The notes under the pieces: generated by a model
What the model was told of the DNA's origin: nothing
The model's input: only the letters and a program-made list of their open reading frames with translations
Databases searched by the model: none
Shown: piece after piece, positions 52,294 to 61,440 of the stretch
Layout: each line of letters starts with the position of its first letter
Numbering within the stretch: the first letter of the stretch is position 1
From: Bacteroidota bacterium
GTDB taxonomy: Bacteria; Bacteroidota; Rhodothermia; Rhodothermales; Bin80
Direction: 5' to 3'
Length of the DNA: 64,000 nt
Assembly (NCBI GenBank): GCA_026709065.1
Contig: JAPOTS010000024.1
Location: forward strand, 6,959-70,958
Program-made: the position numbers and the translations under genes

Positions 52294-55200
52294 ATGTTGA
52301 CCAAGAGACTGAGTTTTGTATTTGTAGGTCTGTGGAATTTATTCCGCGAGGTTTTGTTCCTGTGTGCGGAGCAATCGTCCAACAGCTTTAATAGCCATAC
52401 TTGGCGAATACTCATTGGGCTTAATCTTCTCTGCCCTATGGCGTTGTTGTATGTCGCTGACAGTAACGCTTATCAATTTCATGAGTGGGATGCATCCGGT
52501 GATGTGAGTTCTGAATCTGTATACTATTCAGGGACCGAGGAATCTGGATTAAATCGGACAGGAAATTTCCAATCACGCAGTTTGATCTGCACGGATGTGG
52601 ATCGTTTAGAAGGCACGAACATAAGTCCAGTCCAGCTTCTCACTCCTTTGATTAGAGGAGGTCAAAATGAGGGGTGGACTCCCAGGTATTCGGGCACTTC
52701 ATTCGAGGAGGGGGAAACGAAGACTCACTCATTTAGACTCTCATCTGCTCCTACTGGGGAAGTTACCGTAACCTTCACAGACGGATCAGATCCACCAGCT
52801 GAATTGGAATTTGGGGGTAGCTCTTTGTCATCTTCCAATACCCTTACCTTCAGCACAAGCGACTGGTGTCAGATGCAGTCAGTATCGTTTACATTTGTAG
52901 ATAATTCTACAGTAGATGATTATCTTTTTTATGAGCGTGCCAGAGCTAACATATCACTTTCTGGTGGAGGAGCTTTCCAATATCAATACTATATTAGGTG
53001 GTCTGGTTTAAAAGATAATGACCAAGATAAGGCAGGATTAGAAGTGACTCCAAATCCGCTTCTCTTGAAGAATGTCACTGAATCAAAATTCTCCGTAAGG
53101 CTCAAAGCACCGCCCTCGAAAACAGTAACCGTTGAGACCTCTAAAGACATAGTTGTTGACATATTCAACTTTATCTTTGATCATAAACAATTATTATTTA
53201 CAAAAGGTAATTGGGATGAATTTCAATCAGTAAATGTGACTGTAGGGAAGAAGGACGATAGACCCCAGAGAGGTGGTTTTACTGTATCTGCCACGGGGAG
53301 CGGCTATGATAAATCTGTACAGGTTGAATACTCTATTTTAGACGCAGATACGACTCCTCCTACCTTGAAGATTACGGGTCTACCCTCAAAGATCAAAACG
53401 ACCAATCAGCTCACTGCTACATTCACATTCTCCGAGGTTGTGACAGGATTTGAAAAAAGTGATATTACGGTTAATGGAGGTACAAAAGGGAACTTCTCAG
53501 GAAGTGGTAGCAGTTACAAAATTTCAATTACGCCTGCTGGAGCAAGGGATGTTAGTGTTATAGTTCCAGTAGATGTTGCTACCGACAGTGGCAACAATAC
53601 TGGGCCGAAAAGTATAGAAGAGGAAGTGGTTAAATGGGATAATACTCCTCCTGATGTGACAATTGATGGTCCAGAATCAATCAATACCACGGACCCCTTT
53701 GACGTCACATTTACATTTACTGAACATGTCACGGATTTTGTACAAGCAGATGATATTTTCGTTTGGGGAGGTGATACTGGTGATCTCAGTGGGGAGGGCG
53801 GTACATACATTTCTTACACACTTCCCATCACACCTCTTGGAACTGGGAATGTTATAGTAACCGTCTTTTCTAATGTGGTTACGGATGGCTTAAATATTGG
53901 TCCACCGGTCACAAGAGTTAAAACAGTCAAGTGGAAGCTAGGTCTTCCACCTACGGTTGAAATTGATATGCCCAAGAAGATTAATACGAAAGATCCATTC
54001 ACAGCCTCCTTTACTTTTAGTGAGCCGGTTACGGATTTTATCAATACGGATGTGATGGTCTCTGGGGCAACCAAGGGTAATTTTTCGGAAAGTGGTCAAA
54101 GTTATACTCTTGAGGTGACACCTTTGGGAGATCAAGATGTGGTGGTTACTGTCCCTGCAAATGCAGCTATGGGTAGCTCACATCAAGGACCGATCGCCGA
54201 TAAATCTGCCACTGCTGAATGGGATTCATCCTCTCCGTCACTTGAGATAAGTGGTCTGCCACCAAAAATCAATTCTACCAACCCACTCACGGCTACATTC
54301 ACCTTTTCCGAAGATGTTACAGAATTTGAGGTTAGCGATATCTCAATTTCTGGGGGCACCAAAGGAATGTTATCAGGCAGTGGAAACGAGTATATACTTG
54401 AAATGACTCCATCTGGAGATGCCGATGTTGTGTTGACTGTTTCTTCAGATGCAGCCACAGACGGTATCAATAGAGGCCCTGAAAATTCAGTAAGTCAAAC
54501 CGTTGTTTGGGATAGTGGTGTGCCAACTCTCTCCGTCAGTGGTTTGCCATCAAAAATCAACACCACTGACCAACTCAACGCTACCTTTGCATTTTCCGAA
54601 GATGTGACAGAATTTCAGGTTAGCGATATCTCAATTTCTGGGGCTACAAAAGGAACCTTATCTGGTAGTGGAAGCGATTATATGCTTGAAATTACTCCAT
54701 CAGGAGATGCCGATGTTGTGGTGACTGTTTCTGCGAATGCCGTTACAGATGGTATCAATAGAGGCCCTGAAGATTCAGTGAGTGAAACCGTTGTTTGGGA
54801 TAGTGGTGCGCCAACTCTCTCCGTCAGTGGTTTGCCATCAAAAATCAACACCACTGACCAACTCAACGCTACCTTTGCATTTTCCGAAGATGTGACAGAA
54901 TTTCAGGTTAGCGATATCTCAATTTCTGGGGCTACAAAAGGAACCTTATCTGGTAGTGGAAGCGATTATATGCTTGAAATTACTCCATCAGGAGATGCCG
55001 ATGTTGTGGTGACTGTTTCTGCGAATGCCGCTACAGATGGTATCAATAGAGGTCCACCAAGCGAAGTGAGTCAAACCGTTTCGTGGGACAGCAACCCACC
55101 TGGTGTTAAGATTACCGGCCTTCCGTCAAAGATCAGTTCAACCACTCCACTCACGGCTACTTTTACATTCACCGAAGATATCATTGGATTTACAACGGAG

Positions 55201-58200
55201 GATGTTAAAGTTACAGTGGCTACCAAAGGTATATTCACGGCTAAGAGTACGACGGAGTATACTTTGCAGGTCATTCCTTCGGGCTCTGGAAATGTGGTGG
55301 TGACCGTTGTAGCGAATGCAGCTTCGGACGGTATCAACACGGGACCGGCTGAGCCCGTGAGTGTTACTTCTGTTTGGGATGGTGCCAATCCTGGCGTTAC
55401 GATCTCTGGAGTACCTGAAAAAATCAACTCCAGAACTCCGTTTACGACTACATTTACCTTTTCAGAAAACGTGACGGAGTTCATCGCTGATGATGTGGTC
55501 ATAACGGGTGCGGCAAAGGGCACATGGTCTGTCAACAGTGCGACGACCTATACGCTGGTAATCACACCATCGGGTGCTCAAGATGTGGTGGTCACCATAC
55601 CTGCGAACGTTGCAACCGATGGTACCAATCAAGGCCCCTCCAAAGCAGTTACAAAGACCGCCATTTGGGATGCTGACCCACCTACGGTCACCATAAGTGG
55701 GCTACCAGAAAACATCTCTACCACCGATCCACTCACCGCTACGTTTACCTTTTCCGAAAACGTGACAGAGTTTTTCAAAGCAGATGTGACTGTAACGGGT
55801 GCTACCAAGGGAACCTTTACCGCCAAGAGTTCTTCTTCTTATACGTTAGCTATCACTCCTACTGGTCAACAGAATGTTGTCGTGCAGGTGCCTGTGAATG
55901 TTGCGTCTGATGGAATCAATACGGGGCCTCCTCGGCCTGTAACTGCGACATCCACTTGGAATAGTGAGCGAGTGGCTATCCCTTTGGTGACCACACTCCA
56001 TGTGGATCAAAACATCGTTGGAGAGGGAGGTCAAGTGAAAGTTACAGCTCGGATCACGGGGGCATTGAATTACCCCGTTGATATTCCACTCGTGTATCGT
56101 GCTGGGAACCCTGAACCTGCATTGCCATCGGATTATAGCCCCGTGAACACACTTACGATTGAAGCAGGCAAGAAGACTGCCGAAGGGATCATCACCATCG
56201 AGGAAGATGACCTGGTTGAAAAAGATGAGGTGTTCATCGTTTCACTTGGAACGCTTGATAGCTCCAACCTGCGATCTGGGAATCCATCTTTTCAGCCTAT
56301 TACCATTCAAGACAGAACCATTTTGCCGACCGTGATACTTTCCCCAACAACGGTATCGGTTAATGAGGGTGAAACGATCACTGTGACCGTGTCCTTGTCA
56401 CGAATCTTACCGAATACAGTGACGATTCCTTTGACCTTGCATGATGGTACTGCCATTGCTTCAGAGGATTATACAATACCTCAGCGTCCTGAAGTGACTA
56501 TTTCCGCTGGGTATAGGGAATCAACATTGGATATTTTCACGAAAGAGGACGATCTTCTGGAAGAGGATGAAACCTTTACGGTGTCATTTGGAGAGCTCCC
56601 ACCTGTCGTAGAAGGAAGCAGCCAAATTGAAGTAACCATTGTTGATGATGATGCTGCTGAAATCATCGTATCTCCCGATCCAGTTACCGTCGTTGAGGAG
56701 GGACGAGCAATCGTTCAAGTCTCGTTGTCTTCCGAGCCGTCTGCATCCGTTATCCTTACTATCAATGGGTATAGAGAACCACAGTTGACCCTCGCACCAG
56801 CTCGTTTGATCTTTACGCAGCAGAACTGGAATCAGTCTGAACATGTAACGCTGACCGCAGGGGCGGATAATAACTCTGCCAATGAAACCGTAACCCTTAC
56901 CTTGACAGCCAATGGGGGCGGCTATGTCGCTGTGACCGAAGAACTTCAGGTGACCATCAGGGACAACGATACTCCTCAACTGGTGGTTCAGAGTTCGCTG
57001 ATGGTTGATGAGGGAGGATCTGCTCCCCTGAACATTTCTTTGACATCAGCACCACTATCAACGACTACGGTTACGCTTTCAGCATCTGAGAATCCTGATC
57101 TGAGTTATGATCAAAAACCCCTCACCTTTTCAACTAACGACTGGGAGGAGCCAAAGACGGTGATGTTCTCAGCTGAGAGTGATGATGACTTTCAAGACGA
57201 TGGGCCTCACGAGTTCATTCTGACGGCCGTTGGATACACCGATGGGGTTGTGACGGGCAGGGTGTTGGTAACCATTGATGACAAGGATGAGCCAGAATTA
57301 ATGGTGAATCCTCCTTCGTTAACCATTGAAGAAGATGGACCATCAGGTTCGTTCCAGGTCGCCCTCAACGGTAGAGCGTCCAGTACGGTGAATATTTCGT
57401 TCTCTGGGTACGCAGGGATGCCCATCAGCCCACCCCAACCGCTAAGATTCACTCCGACCGGCTGGAATCAACCGAAAACCGTAACACTCACGGCTTTGCA
57501 GGATGATGAAGATTTTGACAGCGAAACCTTTGATCTGCGAGTCACCGCCAATGGGGGTGACTATGTGAATGTTACGGAAACAGTTTCCATTACGATTCAG
57601 GATAATGACAAGCCCCTTGAGCCGTTAACCGTTTCCATCAATGACAAGAGCGTCTATGAAGATGAGGAATTGATCCAGTTAGAAGTGGAATTGAGTCGTG
57701 CTACGGACCAGGTGGTTCTAGTGCAATATCGTAGTTTGGATGGAACGGCTGAAGCGGGAGAGGACTATACGGCATCCCGAGGGATTGTGATCTTTGATCC
57801 CAATGCGACTCAAGGCTTGATTGATTTTGAAATCGAAAACGATGGCCTTGCCGAACAGGACGGACAGGAAACCTTTGAAGTCATACTCTCCAATCCAGTC
57901 AATGCAGGCCTTGGGAGGGCACAGGCAACCGCCACGATCCTAGATCCTCTACCAGTGACGACCCTGCGCATTGAGGATGTGCTGGTATCTGAGGATGCCC
58001 ATTCGGCGAAGTTTCAGGTCGATCTCCATCCTCCAAGCTCTGAGTCTGTGGTGGTTCGCTATCAGACCGAGGATGGTTCGGCTACCGCCGGAGAAGACTA
58101 TCAGCCGAGTTCAGGCACCTTAGAGTTCACAGCAGGCGTGGAAACCATGACCATTGAAGTGCCCCTGCTTGATGATGAGACGCAATGGCAGGCCAAAACC

Positions 58201-59538
58201 TTTACCATACGTTTGGAAACATCGGAGCCCATTCAGATTGAAAAAGCCGTTGCCACTGCAACGATCACCGATGATGGGCCACCGCTGGATACCCCCGAAA
58301 ATGCACTGATTGCCTATACAATCCGATTTATGCGTACATCGGCCTCCGAAATCATTGAAGGATTAGGATATCGATTGCGGAACCAACCGTCGGCCTGCTC
58401 TGTGGCATCGCGGAGAGAAACTGCACAGCTATGGCATTCGGCATCTTCGTGGAATCCATCTCTTGCCGAGTTGCTTGGTGGATGTCATATTACCTCTTCA
58501 CATGGAGCCATGCAGGTATGGGGGCGTGGGGGGTATCGGAGGTTTCAGGGTTTTCAACGAGAAGAAGATCAACTGAGGGTGGAGGCAGATGTGTCCACCG
58601 CCATGGCGGGTGTTGATTATCGCTGGGACTCTGGTTGGTTGACTGGTGTGCTGGTTGCTCATAGCCGGGGAGAGGGATCGTCTCAACCCTATAATCAAAA
58701 AGTTGGAACAAATGCTTCCGTGACGGGGGTGTATCCATATCTGGCTTATCAGACAGAGACATGGGGGATTTGGGGAACTGCTGGACTTGGAAATGGACAG
58801 ACAGAGAATGATGTTGGATTTAAGCCAACTTGGCGTTCAGGATTTGGGGCACTGGGCGTTCAGGGAAGGATGGCATACGTCCATACATTCAATCTAAGAT
58901 ACTACGGAGATGTGTTGATGACCTCTACAGAGTTATATGACCGTAAGATAGGGGTGACTCGGATTCGTGCAGGGATGGAAGCAAGTGCACAATTGACCGT
59001 TGGACTGCAGCCGTATATGGACGCAGGTGTTCGTCAGGATGCTGGGAGTGCAGAGAACGGGGTTGGACTTGAATTGGGTGGGGGAATGCGGGTGATGATA
59101 CCTGCATTGCGACTCAAGGGAGATGTACGGATGCAGAGATTGGTGATGCATACCGCAGATGGGTTTACCGAATGGGGTGTTTCTGGGTCGTTGGAATTTG
59201 GTAGCCGTGACAAGGGTGTAGGACTGCGAGTGACACCCTCTTGGGGGCCCAGCCAACGCCGTGGAATCACTACGCAGCAGACGATCCTTGATGTCGTTCC
59301 ATCGCACGATGGTATCTATCGCACCGAAATGGAACTCGGATATGGAATTCCATTGGACGAAACAATAGTTCGTTCCATCGTGGGCATCACAACATTTGAT
59401 CAAGGAACCATGTACCGCTTTGGTGGAGAAGTGCGGTCATTTGGACAGTTGTCCGTGTCTGCTTATGGAATCGTCCATTCACATGACACAATACCCAGAA
59501 ATATTGGCATGAATCTACAGGGCGTTCTCCAGTATTGA
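52294..59538 (+). CDS. Giant adhesin-like autotransporter: N-terminal region, nine Ig-like repeats, Calx-beta and TLTANGGGY modules, C-terminal beta-barrel
   Basis: ORF 52264..59538 (TTG); first ATG at 52294. Nine ~96-aa repeats. Canonical Calx-beta motifs (DGTAEAGEDY...FEVILSNPVNAGLG). The last ~400 aa look like an autotransporter barrel (VWGRGGYRRFQG, AMAGVDYRW, alternating beta-strand pattern, terminal aromatic ...GVLQY). Confidence 0.85.
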   Translation: MLTKRLSFVFVGLWNLFREVLFLCAEQSSNSFNSHTWRILIGLNLLCPMALLYVADSNAYQFHEWDASGDVSSESVYYSGTEESGLNRTGNFQSRSLICTDVDRLEGTNISPVQLLTPLIRGGQNEGWTPRYSGTSFEEGETKTHSFRLSSAPTGEVTVTFTDGSDPPAELEFGGSSLSSSNTLTFSTSDWCQMQSVSFTFVDNSTVDDYLFYERARANISLSGGGAFQYQYYIRWSGLKDNDQDKAGLEVTPNPLLLKNVTESKFSVRLKAPPSKTVTVETSKDIVVDIFNFIFDHKQLLFTKGNWDEFQSVNVTVGKKDDRPQRGGFTVSATGSGYDKSVQVEYSILDADTTPPTLKITGLPSKIKTTNQLTATFTFSEVVTGFEKSDITVNGGTKGNFSGSGSSYKISITPAGARDVSVIVPVDVATDSGNNTGPKSIEEEVVKWDNTPPDVTIDGPESINTTDPFDVTFTFTEHVTDFVQADDIFVWGGDTGDLSGEGGTYISYTLPITPLGTGNVIVTVFSNVVTDGLNIGPPVTRVKTVKWKLGLPPTVEIDMPKKINTKDPFTASFTFSEPVTDFINTDVMVSGATKGNFSESGQSYTLEVTPLGDQDVVVTVPANAAMGSSHQGPIADKSATAEWDSSSPSLEISGLPPKINSTNPLTATFTFSEDVTEFEVSDISISGGTKGMLSGSGNEYILEMTPSGDADVVLTVSSDAATDGINRGPENSVSQTVVWDSGVPTLSVSGLPSKINTTDQLNATFAFSEDVTEFQVSDISISGATKGTLSGSGSDYMLEITPSGDADVVVTVSANAVTDGINRGPEDSVSETVVWDSGAPTLSVSGLPSKINTTDQLNATFAFSEDVTEFQVSDISISGATKGTLSGSGSDYMLEITPSGDADVVVTVSANAATDGINRGPPSEVSQTVSWDSNPPGVKITGLPSKISSTTPLTATFTFTEDIIGFTTEDVKVTVATKGIFTAKSTTEYTLQVIPSGSGNVVVTVVANAASDGINTGPAEPVSVTSVWDGANPGVTISGVPEKINSRTPFTTTFTFSENVTEFIADDVVITGAAKGTWSVNSATTYTLVITPSGAQDVVVTIPANVATDGTNQGPSKAVTKTAIWDADPPTVTISGLPENISTTDPLTATFTFSENVTEFFKADVTVTGATKGTFTAKSSSSYTLAITPTGQQNVVVQVPVNVASDGINTGPPRPVTATSTWNSERVAIPLVTTLHVDQNIVGEGGQVKVTARITGALNYPVDIPLVYRAGNPEPALPSDYSPVNTLTIEAGKKTAEGIITIEEDDLVEKDEVFIVSLGTLDSSNLRSGNPSFQPITIQDRTILPTVILSPTTVSVNEGETITVTVSLSRILPNTVTIPLTLHDGTAIASEDYTIPQRPEVTISAGYRESTLDIFTKEDDLLEEDETFTVSFGELPPVVEGSSQIEVTIVDDDAAEIIVSPDPVTVVEEGRAIVQVSLSSEPSASVILTINGYREPQLTLAPARLIFTQQNWNQSEHVTLTAGADNNSANETVTLTLTANGGGYVAVTEELQVTIRDNDTPQLVVQSSLMVDEGGSAPLNISLTSAPLSTTTVTLSASENPDLSYDQKPLTFSTNDWEEPKTVMFSAESDDDFQDDGPHEFILTAVGYTDGVVTGRVLVTIDDKDEPELMVNPPSLTIEEDGPSGSFQVALNGRASSTVNISFSGYAGMPISPPQPLRFTPTGWNQPKTVTLTALQDDEDFDSETFDLRVTANGGDYVNVTETVSITIQDNDKPLEPLTVSINDKSVYEDEELIQLEVELSRATDQVVLVQYRSLDGTAEAGEDYTASRGIVIFDPNATQGLIDFEIENDGLAEQDGQETFEVILSNPVNAGLGRAQATATILDPLPVTTLRIEDVLVSEDAHSAKFQVDLHPPSSESVVVRYQTEDGSATAGEDYQPSSGTLEFTAGVETMTIEVPLLDDETQWQAKTFTIRLETSEPIQIEKAVATATITDDGPPLDTPENALIAYTIRFMRTSASEIIEGLGYRLRNQPSACSVASRRETAQLWHSASSWNPSLAELLGGCHITSSHGAMQVWGRGGYRRFQGFQREEDQLRVEADVSTAMAGVDYRWDSGWLTGVLVAHSRGEGSSQPYNQKVGTNASVTGVYPYLAYQTETWGIWGTAGLGNGQTENDVGFKPTWRSGFGALGVQGRMAYVHTFNLRYYGDVLMTSTELYDRKIGVTRIRAGMEASAQLTVGLQPYMDAGVRQDAGSAENGVGLELGGGMRVMIPALRLKGDVRMQRLVMHTADGFTEWGVSGSLEFGSRDKGVGLRVTPSWGPSQRRGITTQQTILDVVPSHDGIYRTEMELGYGIPLDETIVRSIVGITTFDQGTMYRFGGEVRSFGQLSVSAYGIVHSHDTIPRNIGMNLQGVLQY
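53356..55968 (+). repeat. Coding tandem array of nine ~288-291-bp Ig-like (bacterial Big-type) repeats
   Basis: Each unit reads PP(T/G)(L/V).I.GLP.KI.(T/S)T.PLTATFTFSE.VT.F...D..V.G.TKG..SG.G..Y.L.ITP.G...V.VTV.AN.A.DG.N.GP. Nine units were counted by eye. Confidence 0.9.
54523..55052 (+). repeat. Near-identical 288-bp tandem duplication (repeat units 5 and 6)
   Basis: 54523-54742 is identical to 54811-55030 (220 bp). One T/C difference follows, then 21 more identical bases. Confidence 0.95.
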
Positions 59539-59539
59539 T

Positions 59540-59557
59540 GGGCTTCATGCAGAGCCC
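59540..59557 (+). terminator. Candidate stem-loop just after the giant-gene stop
   Basis: GGGCT-tcatgcag-AGCCC starts 2 nt after the TGA. The downstream tract is only moderately T-rich. Confidence 0.3.
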
Positions 59558-59604
59558 CATTCTATATTCATTATCTGATTTATAGTGTGGAATATAGTTA
59601 CGTT

Positions 59605-60555
59605 TTAATGCAAGTGAGGAGTTAGTTCTTCATGTTTGGACTGCATGATTAGATACAGGAGTCTTTTACAAAATGTAGTATTCAACTCTAAAAAGATGCC
59701 AAAACTGATCCAGAGCATAGTTCTAAAAAACGAGACGTTCCCGAAAGTAGGACTACTTTGTAATGATGATGGTGTACTGTTCGGATTGAAGAAATACATC
59801 ATGGCCAATCATTGATGAGCAGTTCATACTTTAGATTGGTGGGGTTGTAGAGTCAATAGGTCGGCACGTTTCTTATGTCCTACGGGTCATTCGCTTTCGT
59901 TGTTCGCGCACCCTTTGGTAGGCTCTCATAAGTCGTACCGACCTCCTGTTCGTCAAACCGGACGTGCGTTTTCCCGAATCCAGCTTTCAGTTGATCTCAT
60001 GACTTCGCCCAGGAAGGTCTTTGGTCGTTGTTGCAAGGCAGTGCAATCCGTAGGTCACCCATAGATGTGCATCTGAGAAGTGCACATACTTCCCAGTTTA
60101 AACCTTCTGCTTCCGAAAAATCCCCCCTTTACATATGCTATCCATAAGTATTTAAAGATAATGACTTGCAGTAGGGTCACAATGTGTAAATACTACCCGC
60201 ATCTTTCAGTAATCTCCAAGAATACTCAAGTCTCTCTGCCATATAAGTCAAAGAAGACAGCATTCCGCTTTGACCTAAGATTCTATACAATCCACAAATC
60301 AAATCATGTGACTTTAATACAGACGCATTTAGATATTTATTCAATCTTTCTACAGCTGCGTTTTCCGATGTCCATGTATCATTAAACGACGATATTGAGC
60401 ATCGCCGCCTCCATCCGTATGAACAGCTAATTATAGTTTGCTTTGGAATTAAACGGAGGATCCAAATAAATCAGATCAACACTTTGATCATTCCACTGCT
60501 CCATCCAATCCAAGCAATCTCCATAATAGAGAGCGTTGGTTTGCATAGAACTCAT
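59605..60555 (-). pseudogene. Shattered N6-adenine/N4-cytosine DNA methyltransferase (beta-class, N6_N4_Mtase type)
   Basis: From the ATG at 60555: MSSMQTNALYYGDCLDWMEQWNDQSVDLIYLDPPFNSKANYN then TAG. The continuation is spread over three frames (TDGGGDAQY / ISSFNDTWTSENAAVERL...MLSSLTYMAERL...LLKDAGSIY / HCDPTASHYL*ILMDSI..FR / NPTNLKYELLI), with several stops and an apparent internal deletion. Confidence 0.7.
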
Positions 60556-60562
60556 CTTGCAG

Positions 60563-61440
60563 TTACCTGATCTGGATTGCTGATTTAAGTTTATGGTAGG
60601 TCAAACGCTTACCTACCACTCCAATCGCCATTCTCTCCATTTGCCTTTCTGTGTCCATGCAACGAGCATTATGTCTACCAGAAAACTCATCACATATCGC
60701 TGTAACTGCCATGGTGACATATGATGATACGTATCGTAGTAACCACGCTTCAATAGTGCCCAAAACGATTCTATACCTTTGGTATGTGCCATACCGTCTA
60801 TGAACTGCTTGACTGAATGCTTTACGGTTTGATGGTTATATCCTTTAAGTGAATCATAAGCCATAGCATCATCTGTGTACACATACAATCCAACCTAAGA
60901 AGAACTGTATACAAACCCAGTAAGCGTTTTAGCCGTTGTATTCTGAACGACCAACGCTTGTATCTCATTCGTTGATCTATCCTTTGCTCCTACAACTGCC
61001 GTTTTGCCAACCGTTCCTGTGCTAGCGTTGAGCTTCTTGTATTCATGCTTGTTCTTCTCTTTGCCTCCGATATAGGTTTCATCCACTTCCGTATGACCTT
61101 CAAAGAGATTGAATGATCAATTATTCCATATTTCACGGATTCGATAGCCAGATGCCAAGCAGTCTTCTGGGTAACTCCTAGATCACGATGCAATTTCATG
61201 CTGGATACACTTTTGATGCTTGCAGTAATGATGTAGAGAGCAATCTCCCAAACTTGATAACTAAGCTCGGAGTCCTGCATAATGGTACCAATACGTACGT
61301 TGAATTGCTTATTGCAAGTTCTACAACGAATAGGGCATAAACCCATGCGCCGCACCTACCAGAATGTTATCTAATCCACGTTTAGGGATTTAGGTTTACG
61401 GACCCAACGTAAATGTGTGAACTACTTTTCAGCGGTGTCG
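60563..61440 (-). pseudogene. IS1595-family (ISXO2-like) transposase, inactivated
   Basis: Pieces in different frames: MPY/RCRTCNKQFNVRIGT...SSMKLHRDLGVTQKTAWHLA / VDETYIGGKEKNKH...TAVVGAKDR / in-frame TAG at 60892 / VYTDDAMAYDSL...GIESFWALLKRGYYDTYHHMSP / EFSGRHNAR..GKRLTYHKL. That is at least three frameshifts plus one stop. Confidence 0.75.

Noticed and set aside
53356-55968. The regular ~290-bp periodicity was considered as a possible CRISPR or satellite array.
   Set aside because: The period is far too long, there are no spacer-like unique inserts, and the whole array is one open reading frame encoding Ig-like domains. No CRISPR-like short repeats were seen anywhere in the window.
53514-59403. 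Many minus-strand ORFs inside the giant adhesin gene (for example 55071..55535 at 154 aa and 58933..59403 at 156 aa).
   Set aside because: They are antisense to a continuous 2,400-codon frame with clear domain repeats. Long antisense frames are expected in repeat-rich and GC-rich coding DNA.
59858-59944. The idea that the long hairpin is a group II intron domain V/VI or an IS200/IS605-type end.
   Set aside because: It lacks the 34-nt domain V shape with the AGC triad and 2-nt bulge. There is no RT/maturase or TnpA/TnpB ORF nearby. I kept it only as an unexplained hairpin.
60080-60385. A 101-aa plus-strand ORF.
   Set aside because: It is antisense to the methyltransferase pseudogene, whose remnants explain the region better.
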